From contig OX597816.1 in NCBI GenBank assembly GCA_951406725.2, positions 168,764,001-168,828,000 on the forward strand: a DNA stretch of 64,000 nt, read 5' to 3'. Under the pieces are notes generated by a model, which was given only the letters and a program-made list of their open reading frames with translations, searched no databases and was not told the origin of the DNA. Both the position numbers and the translations under genes were made by a program. The stretch's first letter is position 1; each line of letters starts with the position of its first letter. Source of the DNA: Octopus vulgaris (taxonomy: Eukaryota). Positions 24,363-36,918 of this stretch are shown in pieces.

Positions 24363-24395
24363 CTAACTCGTCCAGTAGAGCCCACCAATTGATAT
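24363..24395 (-). other. Candidate 33-nt 5'-UTR exon of ALDH5A1
   Basis: cttttcag|ATATCAATTGGTGGGCTCTACTGGACGAGTTAG|gtaaga in sequence not recognised as repeat. Splice signals only; no transcript evidence. Confidence 0.3.
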
Positions 24396-25065
24396 CTGAA
24401 AAGTTCGATGAAATAACTCATGAACACTGTGAAAAGAACATATCAGACTAGATACGGCACCACCTTACTCATGAACTGCAAAGAATTTCAACCTTGAGTT
24501 TTAAAACAATAACTTGCATGCAATTACGTTCAACTAGAATTGTGCTAATAAGAGTATTAAGACATCAAACCACATGAGAGCACAGTGACCTATAATGCAT
24601 GACAGCCAAATGTTAGCTGTCTAGGTTTGTAACATCCTCAACACAAATTAGCTCGTAGCACAAAAAATGAAAAATACAGATTTCTTTTTCAAAGGTTACA
24701 TTACACACGGACCTATTTCCATCCATTAGTGCCTTAGTCCTTACAACACTAGTGACTCAAATTATCTCAGAGACCCTTGTATACTTCAGGCAAGTAACTT
24801 GTATCAAAGCAGTCCTCTACCCTATATTTCAGCCTCACAGAGCAGAGCAAATAGCCTACTGGATGGCCCCTAGCAAACAAGTTGTACTAGTTATAAGTTC
24901 CGGTTTTTTTTGGGGGGGGGGGGGTTCTACATCTAGTACCAGTATAAGAATTTCAGCAGTAGTCTGTTCTGGAAAAAATAGATGTGTTACATGCAAAGTT
25001 TTAGTCTCTTCATATATTAACACATGTGTTCAAATAAAGTGGTTACTGCAACATATACTTTACTC

Positions 25066-25378
25066 AACTTCTTACTGGGAGAAACACTGGCATCCCAGGC
25101 TAAAGAAGGTCTTCACTCACATAAGGTGTTGTTAACTGTTTGGTGGGGTATGAAAGGTTTAGTCCACTTTGAACGTTTAAACCCAAACCAAACGATAACA
25201 AAGGAGACCAACAGCAAGCAGTTTGAGCAGCTTAAGTCAGCGCGAGAAGAAAAACAACTATCTTTGGTTTCAAGACAAAAGGTGTTCTTCCATCAGGATA
25301 ATGCTCTGCCACATACATTCCAGAGGCTGGAGCAGCTACCCCATCCACCATTTTAACCGGGCATTGTCCCATCTGATT
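25066..25378 (+). mobile_element. Mariner internal fragment
   Basis: HKVLLTVWWGMKGLVHFE...FFHQDNA; homologous to 22880-23175. Confidence 0.8.
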
Positions 25379-26716
25379 AAGAGTGTAAGACAAAATATCT
25401 TTCTTTCTGGCTGTTCACATTCTGCATTTAAATCCTGTTGAGACCAACTTTGCATTTCATCTTTTTAGGATTGATGAAACAAAGTACCAGTCAAGTATTG
25501 TGATCGATGATATCAACAAGACCCCTCCCCTCAAAACTGTTAGCCTTGTACCTAAATCAAAAACCATTTTTATTACTATGTTTCCATTGTTGTTGATGTT
25601 GCTTTGTTTTATATGAGCTGTGCCGGTGGCACATAAAAAGTACCATCGGATCGTGGCCGTTGCCAGCCTCGTATGGCCCCCGTGCTGGTGGCACGTAAAA
25701 AGTACCATCGGATCGTGGCCGTTGCCAGCCTCGTATGGCACCTGTGCTGGTGGTACGTAAAAAGCACCCACTACACTCACGGAGTGGTTGGCGTTAGGAA
25801 GGGCATCCAGCTGTAGAAACACTACCAGATCAGACTGGGCCTGGTGCAGCCATCTGGCTTCCCAGACCCCAGTTGAACCATCCAACCCATGCTAGCATGG
25901 AAAGCGGACGTTAAACGATGATGATGAGGGTGATGATGATGATGTTCCATGTTGAATCTATATCATCTAAATTGGCTTCAACATGGACTATTAAGAAAGA
26001 TCTTCACAATACATAGTAGTTGTTAACATGAAAATGATATTATACAAGTCTGGTTTACTGAGGCTAACGAAACTTGCATTTAACTAAACAGTAAACATGG
26101 TTAGCTAACTCCATTCTTTGAAGTTCTTTTATTATATCTATTCAATGGATTCATTGTGAATTTTCAAATCACAGATACTCTTTACTCTTTACTCTTTTAC
26201 TTGTTTCAGTCATTTGACTGCGGCCATGCTGGAGCACCGCCTTTAGTCGAGCAAATCGACCCCGGGACTTATTCTTTGTAAGCCCAAAACTTATTCTATC
26301 GGTCTCTTTTGCCGAACCGCTAAGTGACGGGGACGTAAACACACCAGCATCGGTTGTCAAGCAATGCTAGGGGGACAAACACAGACACACAAACACACAC
26401 ATACATATATATATATATATACATATATACGACAGGCTTCTTTCAGTTTCCATCTACCAAATCCACTCACAAGGCATTGGTCGGCCTGGGGCTATAGCAG
26501 AAGACACTTGTCCAAGATGCCACGCAGTGGGACTGAACCCGGAACCATGTGGTTGGTTAGCAAGCTACTTACCACACAGCCACTCCAGCGCAGCAAAATC
26601 CTCATGAACATCTCCCAGATTTTAACTTTCAGATAGCTACCATTTGTGTGAGTGCTTCAGAAAGTAAATGCCAGGTCTACACATCCCAATTCATGTATTT
26701 TATATTTATGTATATA

Positions 26717-26880
26717 TCTAATATATAAAATTGCTAGTTTGTTTATCTGTTTCTTAACAAAAACCAGTCAACCAGTCATGTTCAAACTTAGCATGAAAGG
26801 TCCTTAGACTCAGATATAAGTTGTCATCAAAGTTGGACCAGTAATCTTTTAAGGGACATGAGATAGTTTTGGTTGTTTAC
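26717..26880 (+). mobile_element. Probable Helitron 5'-end fragment
   Basis: A|TCTAATATATAAAATTG start resembles the other Helitron 5' ends; no 3' end found. Confidence 0.4.
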
Positions 26881-27089
26881 GAAAAAAATAAATGGAAGTT
26901 AATGTAGTATGTGTGTGTGTGTGTGATGTGATGTTGTTAGTGTGTTAGTGGGTGTGTTTACCGCTTTCACTATCGTTAACTGAGTTCATGTGAAGAGACA
27001 GGAAATACCGTCTACATGGTAAATGCTGTAGCTAGAAATGGCAGCCAAATGCCATGAGATATACTCCCCCCACTCTCTCTCTCTCTCTC

Positions 27090-27126
<37 letters not shown>

Positions 27127-27436
27127 AGGCACAATGGCCCAGTGGTTAGGGCAGCAGAATCGCGGTCGTAGGATCGTGGTTTCAATTCCCAGACTGGGCA
27201 TTGTGTGTGTTTATTGAGCGAAAACACCTAAAAAGTTCCACGAGGCTCCGGCAGCGGGTGGTGGCGATCCCTGCTGTACTCTTGCACCACTCTTTCTCTC
27301 ACTATATAAAATTTCTCTCACTCTTTCTTCTGTTGGCCTGCTTGCTTAGCCAGAGGGGTGGCGTCATGTGAAGGCTAAAACAATGCGAACGCATTGTGAC
27401 CAGTGATGTGTAGCTACATCTGATGGTCTGGTTGAT

Positions 27437-27490
<54 letters not shown>

Positions 27491-27559
27491 ATGAATGAGG
27501 AATAATCTGAATATAATTGCAAGATAGAGCAAAGCATATAGGACACTCAAATTTCATGT

Positions 27560-28040
27560 GTAGTGTAACAAAGGGATCACCATCACAACCAAGCTCAGTA
27601 TCTACGAATCATATGTCTTAACTCCCCTTTGGAGTTGGGACAACATGTTGTCATCACATCAAGGCTTTGGAAAGTTTCCATCAAACATGTCTTAGGAGGA
27701 TCTTTAATATTAAATGGCAATCTCTAACACCAAACATTGCAGGTCATCAGCAATCTAACACATCAAGTATTGAAATGCTTCACTTATGCAACCAGGTGTG
27801 TTGAGTTTGGCACTTTACTAGAATGCAAAATGACAGGCTACTTTAGCAGTTGTTTTATGAAAAGTTGCAATGTGGTAAACATCCAAAATGTAAACCTAAG
27901 AGACATTTTAGGGATGCCATCAAATATTAAGTCTCTCAGTGTGAATGTTGAAAATTGGGAGTAGTTGATGGAAGATCAATTGGTTTGGATGGAGTGATCT
28001 AAATTGGCTGTAAAACATTTGAAACTCAGAGAATCTAACA
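27560..28040 (+). mobile_element. Highly decayed RTE-like ORF2 C-terminal fragment
   Basis: TKLSIY...HIKALESFHQTCLRRIFNIKWQ. Confidence 0.55.
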
Positions 28041-28079
28041 AGCTATCTTCAAATAACTAAGTCTATCGTTGGGTTTCCT

Positions 28080-28310
28080 ATAAGGTTTATAAATATTTCA
28101 CCATTTATAAAGATGATGCCTAGCTTTAACCGCAAATACCAATGGACCAGCACAAGAGCGGTTTTGGAAGGACATTATCCAAATGATGAATACTTTCAAT
28201 CTTAGCATAACTATAGATGCCAACCTGACAGTTGTCAGTTTCCTTGATGTATCACTAGATCTAAATAAGAATAGTTATAAACCTTATAGGAAGCCCAATG
28301 ATAGACATTA
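28080..28310 (+). mobile_element. Penelope-like RT fragment
   Basis: IYKDD...LSITIDANLTVVSFLDVSLDL...YKPYRKPND resembles the RT motifs 5-7 and thumb region of Penelope-like elements. Confidence 0.6.
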
Positions 28311-28670
28311 AATATTAAATGGAAATTGTGGTTGTGATACCTGTGCCGGTGGCATGTAAAAAGCACCATCCGAACATGGCCGATGCCAGTGCCCCCTTGA
28401 CTGGCTTTTGTGCTGGTGGCACGTAAAAAGCACCAACCAATCGTGGCCACTGCCAGCCTCCCCTGGCACCTGTGCCGGTGGCACATAAAAAGCACCCACT
28501 ACACTCATGGAGTGGTTGGCGTTAGTAAAGGCATCCAGCTGTAGAAACACTACCAGATCAGACTGGAGCCTAGTGCAGCCTCCTGGCTTCCCAGACCCTG
28601 GTCGAACCATCCAACCCATGCTAGCACGGAAAATGGACATTAAACGATGATGATGATGATGATAATATAT

Positions 28671-28723
<53 letters not shown>

Positions 28724-28819
28724 ATCCAAACATGAAAACACAAAGAGAAAACACAACAATGCGAGGACATGGAACAAATATAGTATTATTGGATGCTCAG
28801 GAAGGAAGGGAAGAAGGAG

Positions 28820-28854
28820 GTTTTACGTTTCGAGTGGAGCTCTTCGTCAGTAAC
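28820..28854 (-). ncRNA. Minimal type-I hammerhead-like motif within repeat 28718-28928
   Basis: gtta-CTGACGA-A-GAG(ctcca)CTC-GAAA-CGTA-aaac: intact core and palindromic ACGT stem III, with one mismatch in stem I. Confidence 0.6.
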
Positions 28855-29443
28855 ATAAGAAAAGGAAAGATCCAGAGAAGGGAAGACGGAGAAAAAAAAA
28901 TCGCAAATGGTACACACGTGGTCACATTTATATATATAAATATATATATATGTATATACATTACATTACATTATATATATATATATATATATATATATTA
29001 CACCATTTTATATATATATAAAATAGGCGCAGGAGTGGCTGTGTGGTAAGTAGCTTGTTTACCAGCCACATGGTTCCGGGTTCAGTCCCACTGTGTGGCA
29101 CCTTGGGCAAGTGTCTTCTGCTATAGCCTCAGGCCGACCAAAGCCTTCTGAGTGGATTTGGTAGACGGAAACTGAAAGAAGCCTGTCGTATATATGTATA
29201 TATATATATATATATATGCGTGTGTGTGTTTGTGTGTCTTTGTGTTTGTCCCCCTAGCATTGCTTGACAACCGATGCTGGCGTGTTTATGTCTCTGTTAC
29301 TTAGCGGTTCGGCAAAAAGAGACCGATAGAATAATTACTGGGCTTACAAAAAAGAATAAGTCCCGGGGTCGAGTTGCTCGATTAAAGGCGGTGCTCCAGC
29401 ATGGCCGCAGTCAAATGGCTGAAACAAGTAAAAGAGTAAAAGA

Positions 29444-29482
<39 letters not shown>

Positions 29483-29500
29483 CACATATATTACATTACA

Positions 29501-30899
29501 CAGGGTGTCCATAAAGTCTCTTTACAATTTTAAAATTTTATTACAAAGGCAATTGACAAGATATCTTAACCAGATTTGTTTTATTGTAATAATTGTTTAT
29601 TAAAGTTTTTTTTAACTGTTATTTAATAGACCTCAACATGGGCACCATTAGTTGTGCGAAGCACATTAAGACGGTACTCGATTTCTTGCCATGTTCGCTG
29701 TAGGATAGCCTCATCAACGGTGGCAATGGCTTTACGAATCCTTTGCTTCAAGTCAGCAATGTCCCGTATCTTTGTTTGATACACGATATCTTCTACATTA
29801 CCCCATAAAAAGAAGTCCAAGGGAGTGATATCTGGCAAACGCGGTGGCCATGGAATTAGCCCATTCCTTCCAATCCATCGGTCTGGACTTGTTTGATTGA
29901 GGAACTGACGAACATGCTGTAAAGGGAACTGGTTGCTTCTTTACACTTTTGGGGTGCAACTTGGGTGCAACACAATTTCCTTTCTTTTTGTTTCTAGAAA
30001 CTACCAGTCGGTAACAAAACACAACTTTAAAAATATATATGATTCTTTATTCTCTTATTCACAAATGAAGCACGTTGGTATACTGGTAACCACCTAGTTC
30101 AACACAGCAAGGCTGAATTCTAACGTTTGTAAGTTTCTTACAACAATTCAGCAGCAACAGAAACAGGTTAAATCCTAAACGTCTGGGACAGGAGAATAGG
30201 CTGATCACACGTTCAAAAATACATCCTTTCTCTTCTATCGCCGTGTCTCAAGTCGACGACGCTATTAAGGAACGCGATAGAATTTCTTCCCCAGTCTCTA
30301 GCGCATGTGCATGAGGGAACTTCCTTATGCCGTTCCAGAAGGTTCCAACCCCGCACACGCACACTGAAGAATACGTTCCGCACACGCACACTGGAATATG
30401 ACATCACTACAAAGCCATCCCCAATGTGGTGGTGCACCATCTTCCTGGAAAATGATGGTTGGTTGTAAATCAGTCAGTTGTGGTGCCACATATTCAGTCA
30501 GAAGGTCGAGGTAAACATCTGCAGTAATTGTTGCCTTGTTGAAAAAAAGGGATCAATTATTCGATTGCACATGATTCCTCACCACACATGCACAAATTGA
30601 AGGACGCGGTGGTGGATCTCTTCCATACTTAGTTCTGTAGTTCCGTTGAGTCTGAACATCCAATTTTGCCTCAATAAACCAGCACACACCTTGTGCCTTT
30701 TCATAAGGAGTAGCCATTTTTTTTAGGGGTTCAGTGAATCAGTTCCCTTCCATCAAAAGAGTATCTGAAACACAAAAATTTAATACCAATAAAAACTTTA
30801 ATAAACAATTATTAAAATAAAGCAAATCTGGTTAAAATATCTCATCAACTGCCTTTGTAATAATTCTTTAAATTATAAAGAGACTTTATGGACACCCTG
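29501..30899 (-). mobile_element. Tc1/mariner-superfamily transposon with ~110-bp TIRs, interrupted by a solo LTR
   Basis: CAGGGTGTCCATAAAGTCTCTTTA... / ...TAAAGAGACTTTATGGACACCCTG|TA; transposase remnants DGAPPHW, RWIGRNG and WPPRLPDITPLDFFLWG. Confidence 0.9.
29918..30411 (-). mobile_element. Solo LTR (494 bp) inserted in the transposase
   Basis: TGTA...TACA termini; flanks ATGC/AAGC (4-bp TSD with one mismatch); minus-strand AATAAA near 30045; transposase reading resumes on both sides. Confidence 0.65.
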
Positions 30900-31089
30900 T
30901 ATTATATATATAAATATATAGGCGCAGGAGTGGCTGTGTGGTAAGTAGCTTGCTTGCCAACCACATGGTTCCGGGTTCAGTCCTACTGCGTGGCATCTTG
31001 GGCAAATGTCTTCTGCTATAGCCTCGGGCCGACCAATGCCTTGTGAGTGGATTTGGTAGATGGAAACTGAAAGAAGCTTGTCGTATATA

Positions 31090-31141
<52 letters not shown>

Positions 31142-31369
31142 CATATGTTTGTGTGTCTGTGTTTGTCCCCCTAGCATTGCTTGACAACCAATGCTGGTGT
31201 GTTTATGTCCCCGTCACTTAGCGGTTCGGCAAAAGAGACCGATAGAATAAGTACTGGGCTTACAAAGAATAAGTCCCGGGGTCGATTTGCTTGACTAAAG
31301 GCGGTGCTCCAGCATGGCCACAGTCAAATGACTGAAACTAGTAAAAGAGAAAGAGATATATATACTTGT

Positions 31370-32940
31370 ACTTGTGACAACATTCACCCAGGGTGGGTTG
31401 AGTCAGCTTCTTCTCTGGTCCTGACAGCATCACGAACCATAGCTGCCCACGCTTGATGGTCCTGTGTGAGGTCACTGGAGATAGCGAGCCATTCGCGGTT
31501 CCATCTGCACAGACCGACCACCTGCGGACCTGAGAGTTTGGAGAGGTCCTCCTTTATCATCGTTGCCCAGGTCTTCAGCTGCCCGCCTGTGCATTTGTGC
31601 CAGTTGGGAAGTGGAGGCGGGAGAAGGACATTGCGAATCAGCTGACCCTCTGGACACCAGGCTGCATGACCGAACCACTTTAAGCGCTGTTGTAGAAGCA
31701 TCGAAGGGAGGGGCCGGAGATTCAGGCAATGACGAAGACTGGCTGTAGGAACTTGATCAATGTGTCGACAGAGAAGAATGCGGCGGAGACAGTCATTGTC
31801 AAACACCTCCAGCCTTCGCTGATCGACTACCCTCATAGGCCATGCTTCACAACAATAGGGGAGGATAGTATGAACGATGGCCTGGGAGATTCGCCCTTTG
31901 GTCACCGAGGAGATCTCTTTTCTGTCCCACAGGCATGCTGGAGGCGCACGAATGCGGGTCTGGCAACACCTACGCGACACTCAACCTCGGCTGCACCCTG
32001 ACTCATTGCAACCACCACCGCTGAGCACAGGTAGACACCCTTTCGAGAGCATCTTGGACATCTGCCCGGTTAGAGCCCAAGAGCATGATGTCATCTGCAT
32101 AGGCCTGGTCCATCACCATGACTCCTCTCCCAGCCTCTACGCCCAGGTAGTCCCGAAGCGCAGAGCTGAGAATGTAATTGATGGCATAATTGAATAGGGT
32201 TGGCGAGAGCGCACAACCCTGTCAAACACTAGTTCATCAAATGACTCTATCTCCTCACCATAGACCCTCACACGAGCCCTCGTTGAATGATAGTAGCCCT
32301 GTATAAGGTTTAGCAGCTTCACATGGATACCATCCGCCTGCATAATATGTCAGAGGGCCTCCCGATCCACCGAGTCGAAGGCAGCTGCAAAATCGATGAA
32401 ACAGAGGATGGCAAGTTGTTGGTGCACCCACCGTAGTTCCAGGACTCGCCGGAGACTGAAGATTTGATCAATGCACCCTCTCCTGGGACGGAAGCTGACT
32501 TGAGAAGGATGAGTATGAACCTCATGGCTGGCCTGGAACCTCTTCAGAAGAAGGATTGTAAAGGTTTTGGCAGCCACGTCAATCAAGCTGATGCCTCTAT
32601 AGTTGGAACACAGCTTTCTATCACCTTTTTTGAAGAAAGGTAAAAGAGTTGCCTCGCTCCAGTCATCAGGAAAACACTCTGTCGCCCACACAACACAGAT
32701 GACACAATGGAGCCAGGCTGCGAAGGCATCAGGCTCAGCCTTGTAGATCTCAGCTGGGATATGTCCTCACCCAGGGCCTTGTTGTTCCAGAGATTTTTCC
32801 GGATACCATGCACCTCTTTGACTGTTGGAGGGGTAGTGTTGCACCCGTATTCTTCACCAGGTGGCTGCACATCGGTTGTCATAGATGAAGGCAGGTGATT
32901 GAGCAGCGCAGAGAAGTGGTCCCGCCATCGGCCCAGCCAA
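31370..32940 (-). mobile_element. RTE-like LINE RT fragment, decayed
   Basis: PFFKKGDRKLCSNYRGISL, CFIDFAAAFDSVDR, YADD (about 32090-32100) and RLKWFGH, with frameshifts. Confidence 0.9.
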
Positions 32941-33028
32941 TATAGATATATATATATATTACATTATTATATATATATATTACATTATTATATATATATT
33001 ACATTATTATATATATATTACATTATAT

Positions 33029-33054
<26 letters not shown>

Positions 33055-33059
<5 letters not shown>

Positions 33060-34420
33060 CGTCCACTCGTGACCAAGGAAGACCATTGACGACCTTCAGG
33101 AACATTGTGCACTCTAGGACTAACTTATATTTTGCATTTGCGGCTCTATTGGTGACTAATGAGCCCTGCTCTTGACAAGTATACACGATTGCAAACATTG
33201 CAAACCAAACTTTCCCCATTCACAGTACTAGCGGTACGCTTTCGAGCAGCACGCTTAAATTCTTCATGCAGAATACGTGCCCTCGCAAAGATGTCGACCA
33301 CCTCCTTAACCTGCTTCCTCCATCTGTGGTGATGATAGGCATTGCTCTCCCAGTCAGTTTCCTGTATATCACAGGACTTTAATGAGGACTTGACACAGTC
33401 CTTAAATCACAGCCTTGGTTTCTGCCGGAGTCTCCTTCCATTCACAAGTTCTCCATAGAGCATTTGCTTAGGAATCCTGCTATCCTTCGTCCTAATAAGG
33501 TGTCCAGTCCAACATAACCGGTGCTTGTGCACCATCACCTCAATACTCAAGATATCAGCTGTCCTCAGGACCTATGTGTCTGGAATTTTTGAGGTCCAGC
33601 CAACATTGAGAATGTGTCTGAGACATCTCTGATGAAAGCGTTCAAGGACCCTTACCTGACGTTTGTACAGAGTCCATATCTCACATGAGTAGAGGAGCGA
33701 TGTCAGTACACAGCAACTTTTGTTCTCCTTGCGATGCCATGTTGGGACCAGACACGAGACTGAAGTGATATTTCCTCATCCAGGGAGCAAGAACGGTTGA
33801 GTGTGCTGCCCAGGTAGACAAACTTGTCTACTACCTTCAGAATTGTTCCTTCAACCAAGATAGCTGGTTCTATATATGGATTTTCTGGTGCAGGTTGGAA
33901 CATTACAACAGTCTTGTCTTGGCTAATGCTGAGTCCAAATACCCTGCAAGAAGCAGAAATGCAATTCATGAGTATTTGCATGTCATCCACTGTATGAGTG
34001 ACTAAGTCACAGTCATCTGCATAAAGGAGGTCATGAATAATAGACTGGGAAACTTTTGCATTGGCAGCAAATCGGCAAAGATTAAAGAGGAGGCCAGAAG
34101 ATCGATATCTGACATATATTCCCAGAGAGCTAGTCTTAGCAAAAGCATGAGTAAAAGTAGCAGCAAAGTACAAAGAAAAGAGAGTTGGGGCAAGGATATC
34201 ACCCTGCTTGACACCATTCTCTACAGGAATGGGTCCCGCCATGGCACCACCAACATTGATCAAAGCCTCCATCCGATAATGAAATGATTTAATTATAGAT
34301 ACAAAGTGATCCGGACATCCAAGTTTGCCAAATATTTTCCATAGAAAGGCCCTATTTACAATATCAAAAGCCTTTGTTAAATCAATGAATACCTGGACAA
34401 GATCCATATTCTGCTCATAG
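33055..34420 (-). mobile_element. RTE/BovB-like LINE RT fragment
   Basis: FIDLTKAFDIVNR, GVKQGDILAPTLF, LLYADD and FVYLGS. Confidence 0.9.
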
Positions 34421-35291
34421 CAGAATATATACATAGCAATAATATATACATATTACATTATATTTTATATATATATATATATATATAGTAGAAATATGTT
34501 ACAAAATATATTTTTAATATATATATATGACATTATATTGTATATATATTACATTATATGATATATATATACACAAACACACACACACACATATATATAT
34601 TACATTATATTATATATATATATAGGCGCAGGAGTGGCTGTGTGGTAAGTAGCTTGTTTACCAACCACATGGTTCCGGGTTCAGTCCCACTACGTGGCAC
34701 CTTGGGTAAGTGTCTTCTACTATAGCCTCAAGCCGACGAAAGCCTTGTGAGTGGATTTGGTAGACAGAATCTTAAAGAAGCCTGTCATATATATATGTTT
34801 ATGAAAATACTCCAGTCAAAAGAAGTATTACTGAACAGTACAGAAGAGAGGGAACAAAATGCTGACACAAAAATAGCTTTACATATAATAAAATGAAAAA
34901 TATATGAATAGATTCCACCCCCAGTATGTAATCTTAAACAATTATGATGAAGATAGTTAAATATAGTTTTAATAGAATAATATAATAGTATTAGATATGG
35001 TTATACCTAAAACCATGAATAAATTTAAAGAATATTACCTTAAAAAGGATTAGACAGGCCACATATTAAAGAAAATAAATCTCAAAATCTTTAGCACTAG
35101 AAAAAATCCAATTATACCTAAAGATAAGAGTATCTTATTATTATCTCCCCTTGAATTAAACCTCTCAAATGATATTAGTCATAAAAAATTTTTTTAGAGT
35201 AGAGTTTTTTATTGCAATAATACTCAGCACAATACAGTAATTGTGGTAAATAGTTTGATTTACTAGTTTTATTCAATAAATTTATAACATA

Positions 35292-35691
35292 CTAGCAGTA
35301 TCACCTGGCGTTGCTCGGGTTTGTAAGGGAAATAACTATAAAGCATTTTTAGAGAGTTATAGCCAAAAAATAGCAAAAAAATGCATTAAAAATGGGGAAA
35401 AAAATGATGGTAAATTTTTTTTTAAATCGTTGACTCATCGTAGACATTTTTAGAGAGTTTCTTCCCTTATATAATAGCGAAAAAAATGCATTAAAAATGG
35501 GAAAAAATTATGGTAAATTTTTTTTTAAATCGTAGACTCATCTTAGACGCACGCTAATACCCAGAAGGGCTCGATAAGAATCACGACTATAAGATACCTG
35601 GTTTTGGTTAAACCGCACCGCAAAATGTGGGAGTCGTTAGGAATCTAAATCGTAGGAGACAGACACACAACTTCACTTTTATATATATAGA
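35292..35691 (-). mobile_element. Non-autonomous Helitron, family A copy 3, with an internal tandem duplication
   Basis: Reverse complement of 1884-2179 with TC/CTAG termini; the ~100-bp AATGCATTAAAAATGGG...AAATCGT.GACTCATC segment is duplicated. Confidence 0.85.
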
Positions 35692-35879
35692 TATAGCATT
35701 TTTTAAAACTTTTTAAATATTATTAACTTACGTTTAACATAATAATGGTAGTACATACTAGTATTGATACGGGTAAATTTCACAATAAATTATTAATTCC
35801 CGTAAAGTTTATTTAGATAGGTGGTTTAATTTGACATGGTTATAAAATAGTCGATGAGGGCTTCCTTATGTTTAGCACT

Positions 35880-35919
<40 letters not shown>

Positions 35920-36918
35920 CAGGTTCAGTCCCACTGCGTGGCACCTTGTGCAAGTGTCTTCTACTATAGCCTCGGGCCGACCAAAGCCTTGTGAGTTGAT
36001 TTGGTAGACGGAAACTGAAAGAAGCCCGTCGTATATATGTATGTGTGTGTGTTTGTGTGTCTGTGTTTGTCCCCCTAGCATTGCTTGACAACTGATGCTG
36101 GTGTGTTTACATCCCCGTCACTTAGCGGTTCGGCAAAAGAGACCGATTGAAAAAGTACTGGGCTTACAAAGAATAAGTCCCGGGGTCGATTTGCTCGACT
36201 AAAGGCGGTGCTCCAGCATGGCCGCAGTCAAATGACTGAAACAAGTAAAAGAGTAAAAGAGTGTATATATATATACATTGTTATCATATTTTCAGGTGTT
36301 TAATTTTATTGAATTTTTATGAATTTTAAAAATTTCATAATTTTTTTTAATTCTTAAAATCTTTTCAATATTGTAAAAGTATATTAGGAAGTTATATATA
36401 TAGATATTTTTATTCTTATTCTCATTTTTAATGAAGGTATCTTAGAATTTGTATGATTAAGTCATCATCATCGTTTAACTTCCGTTTTCCATGCTAGCAT
36501 GGGTTGGACGGTACGACCGGGGGCTGGGAAGCCGGGAGGACCACAACTTCAATTTCAGGACAAACTTATTTAATAGCCATGTGTTAAGAGGAATTCTTTG
36601 GGGTTTGGTTAATTCACCTCTATATCATCATCATCATCATCATCATCACCGTTTAACGTCCGCTTTCCATGCTAGCATGGGTTGGACGGTTCAACTGGGG
36701 TCTGGGAAGCCAGAAGGCTGCACCAGGCCCAGTCTGATCTGGCAGTGTTTCTACAGCTGGATGCCCTTCCTAACGCCAACCACTCTGTGAGTGTAGTGGG
36801 TGCTTTTTTATATTATATGTATATATTATATTATATTTTATAAATATATATATATAACATTATATTGTATGTATATATATTATATATCATTACATATATA
36901 AAGAGAGAGAGATATATA

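Noticed and set aside
34800-35870. Very AT-rich stretch considered as a mitochondrial insertion (NUMT)
   Set aside because: I could not recognise any mitochondrial gene or rRNA motif; more likely a decayed TE interrupted by a Helitron. BLASTN against the mitogenome would settle it.
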